Shown here: positions 19,680-29,124 of the stretch, piece after piece | Position numbering within the stretch: the stretch's first letter is position 1 | Layout: the number at the start of each line of letters is the position of its first letter | Assembly (NCBI GenBank): GCA_041946925.1 | Contig: JBHGBI010000002.1 | Span: 67,299-131,298 of the forward strand | From: Syntrophales bacterium | GTDB taxonomy: Bacteria; Desulfobacterota; Syntrophia; Syntrophales; UBA4778 | Direction of reading: 5' to 3' | DNA: 64,000 nucleotides | The notes under the pieces: model-generated | Seen by the model: the letters and a program-made list of their open reading frames with translations, nothing else | The model's database searches: none | What the model was told of the DNA's origin: nothing | Translations under genes and position numbers: made by a program

Positions 19680-20185
19680 AAGATCGTAATCATGTGAGAT
19701 AGGATCATTGATTCAATTGTATCATCATGAAAGATCCGTTTGATTCAAATCTTCGAGGATTGGGGGGATAAAGAAGTCAGACCAGTTTCCCGATTGTGAG
19801 ATAGAATCGTACTATCATTCATATGAAGAGCTGCGGTCGAATTCCCCCTGCTGAAAGGAAGAAAGAATTTATTGTGATCTTTTATAGATGAGCACCTTCC
19901 ATTTCTTCATTGAGACCAGAAAACCGATCTCAAGAACCTCTTCATTTATGAATGTACGACCGGTTGCAGTAATGTCTTGAAGAGACATTGCGGTGGCTGC
20001 CTTTCCGTGGATTGCACGGGCGCATGGTTAGCATACAAGTACAAGGTACTGGGCATCAGGACTTCTGACAAGCCCGGTCTTTGGACAACTGTATAGACTC
20101 TTTCCCGAAGCATGACAGAAGGCGTAGAATACAGCTTCTTACGAGAAGATATTATAAAAATATTTACAAGAAAAGGAGAAATATT

Positions 20186-20377
20186 TTGGAAGTAAAGGTG
20201 ATTGATAATGATATTGACAAGGCGCTGAAAGTATTGAAAAACAAGCTTTCAAAAAGCGGCTTGTTCAAGGAATTGAAATTGCGGAGGGCTTACGAAAAAC
20301 CCTCCGTCAAGAGGAAGAGAAAAGCCATTGAGGCGCGAAGGCGTCTTGCCAAAGCCCAGAGAAGGCGATCATCGTAA
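20186..20377 (+). CDS. rpsU: 30S ribosomal protein S21
   Basis: TTG start at 20186 with AAGGAG 7 nt upstream. KALKVLKNKLSKSGLFKELKLRRAYEKPSVKRKRK matches S21. The listed ORF (20081) is over-extended. Confidence 0.9.
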   Translation: MEVKVIDNDIDKALKVLKNKLSKSGLFKELKLRRAYEKPSVKRKRKAIEARRRLAKAQRRRSS

Positions 20378-20400
20378 CGTTAATGCCGGCAGATGCTTGA

Positions 20401-21054
20401 ATGGACGAGAAACAATATCTGGTAGACGCCTTATCGATTAATGAGTCGTGGCGGATGTTCCGCATCATGGCTGAATTTGTGGAGGCTATCCAAGAGCTCT
20501 CCAAAATCCGCCATGCTGTAAGCATTTTCGGCTCTTCCCGGGTGGGTCCGCAGGACGACTATTACAAGAAGGCGGAGTATCTTGCAAGGCGCCTGGCAGA
20601 GAAGGGATTCGGGGTGATAACAGGAGGCGGCCCGGGCATTATGGAGGCAGCCAACAAGGGGGCGACGGAGGGGGGAGGCATATCTGTTGGAATGAATATA
20701 AAGCTTCCTTTCGAGCAGAAGCCGAATCCCTATGCCAATCTGAGCCTCGATTTCAAGTATTTCTTCATCCGGAAGGTCATGTTTGTCAAATATGCGATGG
20801 CCTATGTGGTCATGCCCGGCGGTTTCGGCACCCTGGACGAGCTTTTCGAGGCCATTACTCTCATTCAGACCAGGAGGATTAAGAGCTTTCCGGTTATCCT
20901 TATGGGAAGCGATTACTGGAAAGGTCTTCTCGACTGGATAAAGGAAACGCTGCTTCGTGAGAAGAAGATCCTTCCGGAAGATATGGGCCTTTTCCAGATC
21001 ATAGACGACCCGGATGAAGCAGTCAGGTATATACAAAAGTTCGTTATTATATAA
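20401..21054 (+). CDS. LOG family protein (TIGR00730 Rossmann fold nucleotide-binding)
   Basis: GVITGGGPGIMEAANKGA and PGGFGTLDELFE are the LOG / lysine-decarboxylase-like motifs. Confidence 0.88.
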   Translation: MDEKQYLVDALSINESWRMFRIMAEFVEAIQELSKIRHAVSIFGSSRVGPQDDYYKKAEYLARRLAEKGFGVITGGGPGIMEAANKGATEGGGISVGMNIKLPFEQKPNPYANLSLDFKYFFIRKVMFVKYAMAYVVMPGGFGTLDELFEAITLIQTRRIKSFPVILMGSDYWKGLLDWIKETLLREKKILPEDMGLFQIIDDPDEAVRYIQKFVII

Positions 21055-21121
21055 GGCCAGGGGTGTCGAAGGAGGAGCTGTATGCCATGAGCCTTGTGCC
21101 CTGCGCCTTGAACCATAAATT

Positions 21122-22486
21122 ATGTCCAGTCACGAACATGGATTGAAAGCGGCCCTCGCGGATATTGAAAAGGGAAAAGTCGCGCCGGTCTATCTCATTT
21201 ACGGGGATGAGGACTTCCTTGTACGAGACGCGCTCGACAGGGTCATCAATCTACTCCTTCCCGAGGGAGACTCGGGGTTGCATCTCTTTTATCTGGACGG
21301 GGAGAACGATCTTGCTGAAAGGATATGCGAGGCCCTCCTTGCTCCGCCTCTGATACCGGGCAGAAAAGTAGTGGTGGTCAGGAATACCCGTCTTTTTCAC
21401 TCCCGGGCCTCCACGCCCCAGTTGATTGCAAAGGCGGTCGAAGATATGGACAGCGATCCCCTTCAGACCGTTAAGAATTTTGTGAGTGCCATGCGAATGG
21501 CGGGATGGGCGCTGGATGATTTGCGCGACTCCGGCTGGAAAAAGATATCCGATCGGGAGTGGAAAAAAATTTCGGACGCGAGCGAAGGCGACCGCGCGAA
21601 GTGGCTTCCCCGGATGATAGAGCTGTGCGATCAATACGGTGTCGACCCGGGCACTCACGGAGAGAAGAACGAGAAAGAACTCGAGGCTGTCTTGAGAAGA
21701 GGAATCCCGGAGAACAATTGTCTGGTTCTGACGGCTGCATCTGCAGACAGGCGTAAATCGCTGTTCAAGGCCGTCTCGGAAACGGGCATTGTGCTGCATT
21801 TCTCCCGTGTCAAAAGCGAAGCGAGGCAGAGGGATATCGCCGTCGAGGTCTCGCGGGAGATCCTCTCGAAAGAGGGAAAAGGATTCGCGGCGGGCGCTTT
21901 TTCGGCCCTGGGAAGAAAGACAGGTTTCGACCCGGAAAAAACCATTTCCGAGGTCCGTAAATTGGTTGCGTTTGCAGGTGATAAAACGTACATAGATGAA
22001 AGCGATGTGGAAGCTGTTATCGAAAAATCCAGGGAGAATTCGGTATTTTCCCTGGCGTCCCTGATAATGGAGAAAAAAACGGGAGAGACACTGGCGGTTT
22101 TAAGGGATCTTCTGGACAAGGGCGTGCATTACCTGATGATCCTGTCAGTCATCATCCGGGAAATGAGACTGCTTCTTCAGGCGCGCATCCTGATCGACGC
22201 GGGAAAGCCGGCTTCTTTTGATTCCGGCATGCCTTTTGACCGGTTTCAGAGGACGGTATTTACACAGATCACAGAGCGGAGTCAATCAGGGGGACCTGAA
22301 GGAGATCTTGGGGGCCTGCATCCCTATGTCGTCTATCAGCTCATGAAAAACTGCGTTCGCTTCTCCACGAAGGAACTCATCTCCATCCTTGATCGTCTTC
22401 TTGAAACCGACATCGCCATGAAGACAACCGGCCGCGACCCGCAACTGCTCCTGGAGCGCCTGGTTTTGGACCTGTGCCGGGCGTAG
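21122..22486 (+). CDS. holA: DNA polymerase III subunit delta
   Basis: The N-terminus VAPVYLIYGDEDFLVRDALDRV..GRKVVVVRN is typical of HolA. At 454 aa it is longer than the E. coli protein. Confidence 0.8.
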   Translation: MSSHEHGLKAALADIEKGKVAPVYLIYGDEDFLVRDALDRVINLLLPEGDSGLHLFYLDGENDLAERICEALLAPPLIPGRKVVVVRNTRLFHSRASTPQLIAKAVEDMDSDPLQTVKNFVSAMRMAGWALDDLRDSGWKKISDREWKKISDASEGDRAKWLPRMIELCDQYGVDPGTHGEKNEKELEAVLRRGIPENNCLVLTAASADRRKSLFKAVSETGIVLHFSRVKSEARQRDIAVEVSREILSKEGKGFAAGAFSALGRKTGFDPEKTISEVRKLVAFAGDKTYIDESDVEAVIEKSRENSVFSLASLIMEKKTGETLAVLRDLLDKGVHYLMILSVIIREMRLLLQARILIDAGKPASFDSGMPFDRFQRTVFTQITERSQSGGPEGDLGGLHPYVVYQLMKNCVRFSTKELISILDRLLETDIAMKTTGRDPQLLLERLVLDLCRA

Positions 22487-22488
22487 GC

Positions 22489-23001
22489 TCACAATTTCTT
22501 CATGCGGGTAAGGAGCATTTTCTCCCTCCTGGAGGCGCGCTTTGACGGTCCTTTCTTTCTCGTTCCGGGTGACGGCCTGTCGTCTTCTTCCTTTTCGGTT
22601 TCTCCGTTTCCTCGGGGACCGGCTTCCATTCTCTCTTCGAAGATATGCGAGGGAATCGCCGCCGCCCCTGCCCGCTGGACGGCATTGGCAAGTTCCCGGT
22701 CGGAGGTGACGACGAGAATCTCTTCGCTGCTGTGCCTTACGATTCTTTTAATCACCTCGTCCGCCTTTTCACCCTTTTTTGAATAAATGATCAGAATTCC
22801 GCCTTCCCGTTCCCGTTCTTCTTCGGAGGGTCCGTTCAGCCATCCGTCGAAGACGACCGTGATCTTGTGCCCCCGGGTCTTTTTGTAGAGAGAAATCTTT
22901 CGGATCAGGGCTCTTCTTCCCGCTTCCAGGCCGATCCGCTCGAAACGGCGCATTCTGTCCGATTGCCTTATGAGATTGTATCCGTCAATTATGATGTTCA
23001 T
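22489..23001 (-). CDS. NYN-domain protein (YacP/Rae1-like predicted RNase)
   Basis: MNIIIDGYNLIRQS..ITVVFDG..VVTSDRELA is the YacP-type NYN fold, followed by an acidic/basic C-terminal tail. Confidence 0.8.
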   Translation of the reverse strand: MNIIIDGYNLIRQSDRMRRFERIGLEAGRRALIRKISLYKKTRGHKITVVFDGWLNGPSEEEREREGGILIIYSKKGEKADEVIKRIVRHSSEEILVVTSDRELANAVQRAGAAAIPSHIFEERMEAGPRGNGETEKEEDDRPSPGTRKKGPSKRASRREKMLLTRMKKL

Positions 23002-23231
23002 AGGCGGCCGGTGCTTCCGATCAGCGGAAATTGCAACCCCGCGGGAAATTTTCTCTTCTGCGCGTCCTCGAAATCACTTCTCTTCAAATCTGATTTATGG
23101 TAACACTCCCTTTCAATTCAGTTATATATGAGATAAGAGAAAAAATACAAGGAAGTTGTTGAAAAGCTCTTGTTTGAAGGCTGTTCAATAATATAGGCAA
23201 AAGGCTAACGGCGCAGGACTGAAGGCCGGGG

Positions 23232-24965
23232 GTGGCAAAAAAAGAAGCTGGGAGACCTGACGGCATCATGGGCCTTAATGCGGGTATAAAAAACAAGCTG
23301 CTATTTTTATTTATAATTCCATTTTTCCTCTTCATTGCCCTCCTCCCTTTCATGCCCCTCATGGAACCGGATGAAGCAAGGTACAGCGATATACCGAGCC
23401 TGATGAACAGGACCGGGGATTACGTAACCCCGCGGTTGAATCATGTCATTTATCTCGAAAAGCCTCCCCTTGCATACTGGGTGACCGCCCTTTTTTTTAA
23501 ACTCTTCGGAGAGAACGAATTTTCCTCGCGGCTGTTCACAGCGCTCAGTGCATGGGGGTGTATTTTCCTGGTTTATTTCATGGGCATGGCCTTTCAGGAC
23601 CGAAAAACGGGGCTGTATGCGGCGGCAATACTGAGCACGTTTCTCTTTCACTTCGTTATCGGAAGAATCAATATACTGGATATGCCGCTCACATTTCTTG
23701 TCGGTGTGGCAATTTGGTCGGGATATAAATACTTTGCGGGACGCTGCAGGAAGAGGCTCTGGCTCTATCTTCTCTACACCGCCTGCGCCCTGGCCTTTCT
23801 CACGAAAGGCCTGATAGGACCGGTCTTCCCCTTTGCCATTCTCATGATCTGGCTGGCGATAGAAAAGAGGTGGCGCGACATCCCGCGGATCATCTCTCCG
23901 GTCGGGATTGCCGTCTTTATTCTTATTGTGTCTCCGTGGATAGTACTCGTTCAAAAGGCAAACAGTGATTTCCTCAGATTCTTTTTCGTGCAGGAGCATT
24001 TCCTGCGCTACACGACGACCATGCACGGCCGCGATAATACCGTATTTTACTATATTCCGGTCATTGTCGCCGGGACCCTGCCCTGGTGCGCATTTCTACC
24101 CCAGGCATTCAGGGAGGGCGGCATCCGGTGGGGGGAACTTTTCGAGCGCCCGCACATCTCTTTCATGCTGACCTGGATATTATTCATCTTCCTGTTTTAT
24201 TCCGTTTCCTCTTCCAAGCTGATCCCTTATGCCGGTCCCGTATTCCTGCCCCTTGCCGTCATATTTGCCCGGGTCTTCCGGCTCTATGAGGGACGCCGCG
24301 CCTGTAATCGTGACAAACCGGTTAATTATGCCTGGCGTATTCCGGTTATCCTGCAGTCCCTCCTGTTCATTTTACTGCTCCTGGCCCCCCTGTTTTTAAG
24401 AAGCATCGCTTTCGGTCGGGACCTTGTAATCATACAATCGGAAAAATGGTGGCTGCTGATCATTTTCCCGGTATTGACACAGATCATGATCGTTTTTCTG
24501 CCCGGTCTGATCGAAAAGAAGCGGAAAGGAGGATGGTTCCTGACGGTTTATTTGCTGTCCGCCGCATTCTTCGCGTCGCTTATTTTTCCGGCGGCCGACT
24601 TCCTCTCCCCCTATAAATCCGCATATCCTGTGGCCAGAGCTGCCAGAGAAAATGTACCGCCGGGTCAGGAACTTTATCAATACAAGATTTCCCTTTATGG
24701 CATGGATTTTTACGATAAGATCAGGACTCCTGTAGTGGAGGACTTTGGAGAGCTGGGATACGGCATCAAGCAGTTGCCCCCCGCCGAAAGAGCCCGTTTT
24801 TTTATTTCGGTACCGGAGTTTTATGAAAAGTGCAGGAACAATAAGGAAATCTACTGTATGACGCAGTACAGAGAGAGACTGGCGGAGCTCAAGAAAGCAG
24901 TACCCGAACTGGAAATATTGTGGGATAATGGCGCGTTTTTTCTTGTACGATTGAAGTGTTTTTAA
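23232..24965 (+). CDS. arnT: GT39/GT83-type undecaprenyl-phosphate-aminoarabinose:lipid A transferase-like membrane glycosyltransferase
   Basis: Polytopic membrane protein with the PMT_2/ArnT N-terminal motif (PLMEPDEARYSDIPSLM, YLEKPPLAYW). It heads the arn cluster. The start is uncertain (GTG 23232 or ATG 23268). Confidence 0.8.
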   Translation: MAKKEAGRPDGIMGLNAGIKNKLLFLFIIPFFLFIALLPFMPLMEPDEARYSDIPSLMNRTGDYVTPRLNHVIYLEKPPLAYWVTALFFKLFGENEFSSRLFTALSAWGCIFLVYFMGMAFQDRKTGLYAAAILSTFLFHFVIGRINILDMPLTFLVGVAIWSGYKYFAGRCRKRLWLYLLYTACALAFLTKGLIGPVFPFAILMIWLAIEKRWRDIPRIISPVGIAVFILIVSPWIVLVQKANSDFLRFFFVQEHFLRYTTTMHGRDNTVFYYIPVIVAGTLPWCAFLPQAFREGGIRWGELFERPHISFMLTWILFIFLFYSVSSSKLIPYAGPVFLPLAVIFARVFRLYEGRRACNRDKPVNYAWRIPVILQSLLFILLLLAPLFLRSIAFGRDLVIIQSEKWWLLIIFPVLTQIMIVFLPGLIEKKRKGGWFLTVYLLSAAFFASLIFPAADFLSPYKSAYPVARAARENVPPGQELYQYKISLYGMDFYDKIRTPVVEDFGELGYGIKQLPPAERARFFISVPEFYEKCRNNKEIYCMTQYRERLAELKKAVPELEILWDNGAFFLVRLKCF

Positions 24966-24976
24966 GGTTAAGGGAA

Positions 24977-26134
24977 ATGGGCATGAAGATAAGAAAGGAT
25001 TTTTTGGCTCTCAGCAGACCCTCGATCGACGGGGAAGAGATCGAGAGCGTAACCCGGTGCATGAAATCGGGGTGGATTACCACCGGTCCTGTATGCAGGT
25101 CCTTTGAGGAAAAGTTTATGGAGCTTACGGGCGCGGCCGGCGCGGTATCCCTGAGTTCCGCGACTGCCGGCATGCATCTTGTGCTGTCGGCCCTGGGGCT
25201 GGGACGCACAGAAGAGATCATAACCCCTTCCATGACATTCGCATCAACCATCAACATGATCACCCTGACCGGGGCAAAACCCGTTTTTGTCGATGTTGAT
25301 TACGGGACTTTGAATATAGACTGTGATCTGATCGAGGAAAAAATAACAGATAGAACGAAAGCCATTATACCGGTACACTTTGCAGGCGCGCCGGTTGATA
25401 TGGATAAAATCCTGGCCATCGCCGGCAAGTATAATTTGAAAGTTATTGAAGACGCGGCGCACGCTGCGGGCACATACTATAAGGGTGTCCATGCGGGGGG
25501 ATTCGGCGGGATCGCGATTTTTTCATTTCATCCGCTCAAGAACATCACCACCGGCGAGGGTGGGATGATTACCTTGAATGACGGGGAATTGGAAAGAAAG
25601 CTGAGACTCTTCAGGTTCCACGGGATTGAAAGAGACGCATGGAAGCGCTATGGCAAGGGTGGAAACCCGCAGTACGATATCACAGTGCCCGGGTTTAAGT
25701 ATAATTTGACCGACATGCAGGCGGCGCTCGGAATGGCGCAACTATCGAGGCTGGATGAATTCAACAGCAGGCGGCGCCGACTCGCGGAGCTCTATCTGAA
25801 CGGGCTTGCGGGCGCAAGGGGAATCGATCTGCCTGCCGTGCCGGATTACCCGCATACCCACGCGTGGCATCTGTTTGTCATAAAAGTCCTCTCCATGGAC
25901 AGGGAGCGGTTCATGCAGAGATTGTCGGAATATAATATCGGATACGGCGTTCATTATCCTGCCTGCCACCTGCTCGATTATGTAAGAGACCGGTTCGGGA
26001 CCGGCAAAGGAATGCTCAGAAATACCGAAAACGCGGCGGGGCGCGTGGTTTCGCTTCCGCTCTATCCGGCCATGAAAGACGAGGATGTATTCTACGTATG
26101 CGACGCCATAAAGGAGATTTTGCGTTATGGGTGA
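24977..26134 (+). CDS. arnB: UDP-4-amino-4-deoxy-L-arabinose-oxoglutarate aminotransferase (DegT/DnrJ/EryC1 family)
   Basis: Sugar aminotransferase with PLP-lysine context FSFHPLKNITTGEGGM. It lies in the arn cluster. Confidence 0.88.
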   Translation: MGMKIRKDFLALSRPSIDGEEIESVTRCMKSGWITTGPVCRSFEEKFMELTGAAGAVSLSSATAGMHLVLSALGLGRTEEIITPSMTFASTINMITLTGAKPVFVDVDYGTLNIDCDLIEEKITDRTKAIIPVHFAGAPVDMDKILAIAGKYNLKVIEDAAHAAGTYYKGVHAGGFGGIAIFSFHPLKNITTGEGGMITLNDGELERKLRLFRFHGIERDAWKRYGKGGNPQYDITVPGFKYNLTDMQAALGMAQLSRLDEFNSRRRRLAELYLNGLAGARGIDLPAVPDYPHTHAWHLFVIKVLSMDRERFMQRLSEYNIGYGVHYPACHLLDYVRDRFGTGKGMLRNTENAAGRVVSLPLYPAMKDEDVFYVCDAIKEILRYG

Positions 26135-27098
26135 AAAAGGATCGGGAAGCGCTCAAAATATGGTTTCTGTGGTCATTCCGGTATACAACGAAGAGCAGGT
26201 ATTGAGTCGCCTCATGGAGAGATTGAGGCCGGTTATGGAGCGGATCGGCAAGAAATACGAAATCATTTTTGTCGACGACGGCAGCCGGGATCGGTCACTC
26301 TCGATTCTGAAAGGTTTCACCGAGCACAATCACGTTAAAGTAGTAGAGTTGACAAAAAATTACGGCCAGCACGCGGCGGTGTTCGCCGGGTTCTCCGTTG
26401 CGCACGGGGATATTATTATCACGATGGACGCGGATCTCCAAAATCCGCCGGAAGAGCTTCCGAAACTTATCCGGGCGATGGACAGCGGCGACTACGATGT
26501 CGTCGGCACGATCCGCAAGGAGCGCAAGGACTCTCTGTTCAGAACCCTGCCGTCCAAAATCATCAATATGGTCGCCAGGAGGATAACAAAAGTGCAGATG
26601 ACCGATTGGGGCTGCATGCTGAGGGCTTACCGGCGCACAGTGGTCGATCGGATGATCAACTGTCACGAACAGTCGACATTCATACCGGCTCTGGCGACCT
26701 ACTTTGCCAAGAATGTGACGGAAATAGAAGTGGCGCATGAAGAAAGATATGCGGGGGAATCGCATTATCCGCTCAGGAAACTGATCAATCTGCAATTTGA
26801 CCTCGTATCCTCGTTTTCGGATTTCCCCTTGAAATTTATCATGTACGCGGGCGTCCTGATGGCGTTCACGGGAGTCGGCTTCGGCGTAGTCCTCGGTGTA
26901 GCCCGTATCGCTTACGGCGCAAGGTGGGCCGCGGAAGGCGTCTTTACACTGTTCGCCATACTTTTTGCGTTTGTGGGATTCCAGTTCTTTGCACTCGGGG
27001 TCATGGGCGAATATATCGGCCGCATTTACAGGGAAGTCAGAAGGAGACCGGAGTTCGTCATCGAGAAAATATACACTTCTTCGGGAAGCAGGGAATGA
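26127..27098 (+). CDS. arnC: undecaprenyl-phosphate 4-deoxy-4-formamido-L-arabinose transferase (GT2)
   Basis: VSVVIPVYNEE..IFVDDGSRD..MDADLQNPPEE GT2 motifs plus two C-terminal TM helices. The start overlaps the arnB stop. Confidence 0.88.
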   Translation: MGEKGSGSAQNMVSVVIPVYNEEQVLSRLMERLRPVMERIGKKYEIIFVDDGSRDRSLSILKGFTEHNHVKVVELTKNYGQHAAVFAGFSVAHGDIIITMDADLQNPPEELPKLIRAMDSGDYDVVGTIRKERKDSLFRTLPSKIINMVARRITKVQMTDWGCMLRAYRRTVVDRMINCHEQSTFIPALATYFAKNVTEIEVAHEERYAGESHYPLRKLINLQFDLVSSFSDFPLKFIMYAGVLMAFTGVGFGVVLGVARIAYGARWAAEGVFTLFAILFAFVGFQFFALGVMGEYIGRIYREVRRRPEFVIEKIYTSSGSRE

Positions 27099-28018
27099 AA
27101 GTCGTCGTCTTCGCCTATCATAATATGGGCATTGTCGGGCTTAAGGCACTGATGAGGGAGGGTTTCGAAATAACGGCCGTCTTTTCCCACAGGGATGATC
27201 CGGATGAAAATCGCTGGTTCGCGTCCGTTGTTGATTGGGCAAAGCAAAATCGGATTGCGGTCTTCTGTCCCGACAACGTCAACCTGCCGCAATGGGTTTC
27301 CATGATCGGGAGGATGTCCCCGGATGCGATTTTCTCGTTCTATTACCGGAACCTGATCTGTGATGAAATTCTGAACATTCCCCCTTGCGGCGCTTACAAT
27401 CTCCATGGCTCGCTGTTGCCGGCTTACAGGGGGAGATGCCCCGTGAACTGGGTGCTCATTCACGGCGAAAGGAAGACCGGAGTGACGCTCCATCACATGA
27501 TCGCCAGGGCCGATGCCGGGGATATAGTCGGCCGCAGAGAGGTTGCGATCGATTTCGAAGATACCGCCCATAAGCTTTTTCAGAAGCTCTGCGCGGCGGC
27601 GGACGAATTGCTGGCAGAGGTCCTCCCGTTGATCAGGAGCGGAAAGGCCCCGCGGATCAAACAGGATATCCAGTCGGGAAGCTATTTCGGCGGGCGCAGG
27701 CCCGAGGACGGGAAAATCGAGTGGAGCTGGCCCTCCCTGCGGATTTACAACCTGATCAGGGCGGTCACCGAACCCTATCCGGGGGCGTTTTCGTATCTGC
27801 CGGACGGGGAGAAACTCACGATATGGTGGGCGGTCCCCGAGCGGCAGAAGCATCCTGTTCAACCTTCCGGCGCCGTTTATACCGACGGACATCATGTCTA
27901 CGTGAGCACGGCGGACGGCCGGCTCCGCCTCGAAGATGTCCAAACCGCAAAAGGGCGTTTACGGGGCGAAAAAATACTTAAATATTTCCAAAGTAAAAAG
28001 GGGCTGGTGCTGCAATGA
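27095..28018 (+). CDS. arnA: UDP-Ara4N formyltransferase (ArnA N-terminal domain as a separate gene)
   Basis: MKVVVFAYHNMG..NLHGSLLPAYRGRCPVNWVLIHGE is a formyltransferase fold. It has ATGA overlaps with arnC upstream and with the dehydrogenase gene downstream. Confidence 0.85.
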   Translation: MKVVVFAYHNMGIVGLKALMREGFEITAVFSHRDDPDENRWFASVVDWAKQNRIAVFCPDNVNLPQWVSMIGRMSPDAIFSFYYRNLICDEILNIPPCGAYNLHGSLLPAYRGRCPVNWVLIHGERKTGVTLHHMIARADAGDIVGRREVAIDFEDTAHKLFQKLCAAADELLAEVLPLIRSGKAPRIKQDIQSGSYFGGRRPEDGKIEWSWPSLRIYNLIRAVTEPYPGAFSYLPDGEKLTIWWAVPERQKHPVQPSGAVYTDGHHVYVSTADGRLRLEDVQTAKGRLRGEKILKYFQSKKGLVLQ

Positions 28019-29037
28019 AGATATTGATTCTGGGCGTAAACGGTTTTATCGGTCATCATCTGACCAACCGGATTCTGGATAAAACCGACTGGTCGGTATA
28101 CGGGATGGATCTGGCGTCCGACAGGCTGGATAAAGCCATGGATCATTCCCGGTTTCATTTTCTGGAAGGCGACATCTCCATCAACAAGGAGTGGATCGAA
28201 TACCATATCAAGAAATGTGACGTAGTTATGCCTCTCGTGGCAATAGCGACGCCCAAGCTTTATGTCGAAGACCCTATCGGGGTTTTTCATCTCGATTTTG
28301 AAATGAATCTGCAGATCGTCAAGCTATGCGTTAAATATCGCAAGAGAATTGTCTTTCCTTCCACATCGGAGGTATACGGTGCCTGCCCGGACCCGGAATT
28401 CAAGGAAGACGAAAGCTATCTGGTTGTGGGGCCGATACAGAAAGAGCGCTGGATATATGCATGCTGCAAACAGCTTTTGGACAGGGTCATTTATGCCTAC
28501 GGCACGAGAGGGTACTTGGAATTTACGCTCTTCCGCCCGTTCAACTGGGTCGGTCCCAGGCTCGATTCCCTGGATGTGGCGAAAGAGGGGAGTTCGCGGG
28601 TCGTGACCCAGTTCATTGCCGAACTCATGATGAAACGTCCTATCACGCTTGTGGACGGCGGGAACCAGAAGCGTTGTTTTACTTACGTGGATGACGGGAT
28701 AGGGGCATTGATGAAGATTCTCGAAAACAGGGATAACTGCTGTAAGAACCAGATCATCAACATCGGCAATCCCGCGAATGAATGTTCCGTCAGGGATTTG
28801 GCCTTTCTCTTGAAGAAACTGTTCAGTGAGCATCCAGACCATAAACATGACGGGAAATTTTCCGATATCATCGAAGTATCTTCCGAATCTTATTACGGGA
28901 AGGGATATCAGGATATTTATACAAGGAAGCCTTCTATAGAAAAAGCGCAGGAACTGCTCGGCTGGGAACCTGTGGTCGGGCTGGAAGAGTCGATGAGGAG
29001 GACATTGCACGCATTTTTGGAGGAGAATGAAAAGTAA
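28015..29037 (+). CDS. arnA: UDP-glucuronate oxidative decarboxylase (ArnA C-terminal domain as a separate gene)
   Basis: MKILILGVNGFIGHHL Rossmann motif and an SDR-type YACCKQLLD catalytic motif. The 340 aa are colinear with the ArnA dehydrogenase half. Confidence 0.85.
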   Translation: MKILILGVNGFIGHHLTNRILDKTDWSVYGMDLASDRLDKAMDHSRFHFLEGDISINKEWIEYHIKKCDVVMPLVAIATPKLYVEDPIGVFHLDFEMNLQIVKLCVKYRKRIVFPSTSEVYGACPDPEFKEDESYLVVGPIQKERWIYACCKQLLDRVIYAYGTRGYLEFTLFRPFNWVGPRLDSLDVAKEGSSRVVTQFIAELMMKRPITLVDGGNQKRCFTYVDDGIGALMKILENRDNCCKNQIINIGNPANECSVRDLAFLLKKLFSEHPDHKHDGKFSDIIEVSSESYYGKGYQDIYTRKPSIEKAQELLGWEPVVGLEESMRRTLHAFLEENEK

Positions 29038-29069
29038 GACGTCGCCCTATCCCGCTTCCCCTTGATCCC

Positions 29070-29097
29070 GTTTTGTCATTCCTCATTATGACAAAAC
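29070..29097. repeat. perfect 10-bp hairpin (GTCAT..ATGAC type repeat unit)
   Basis: GTTTTGTCAT (29070-29079) pairs with ATGACAAAAC (29088-29097) across an 8-nt loop, and no T-tract follows. It is related to the GTCATGG..CCATGAC hairpins at 57307-57339 and 59282-59307. Confidence 0.7.
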
Positions 29098-29124
29098 ATC
29101 CTCGGACGGGAGCGGTCGGAGGAG

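Noticed and set aside
19826-19850. tRNA-like T-loop sequence GGTCGAATTCC.
   Set aside because: The flanking bases cannot form a 5-bp T stem, acceptor stem or anticodon arm. No tRNA could be built in any intergenic gap of the window.
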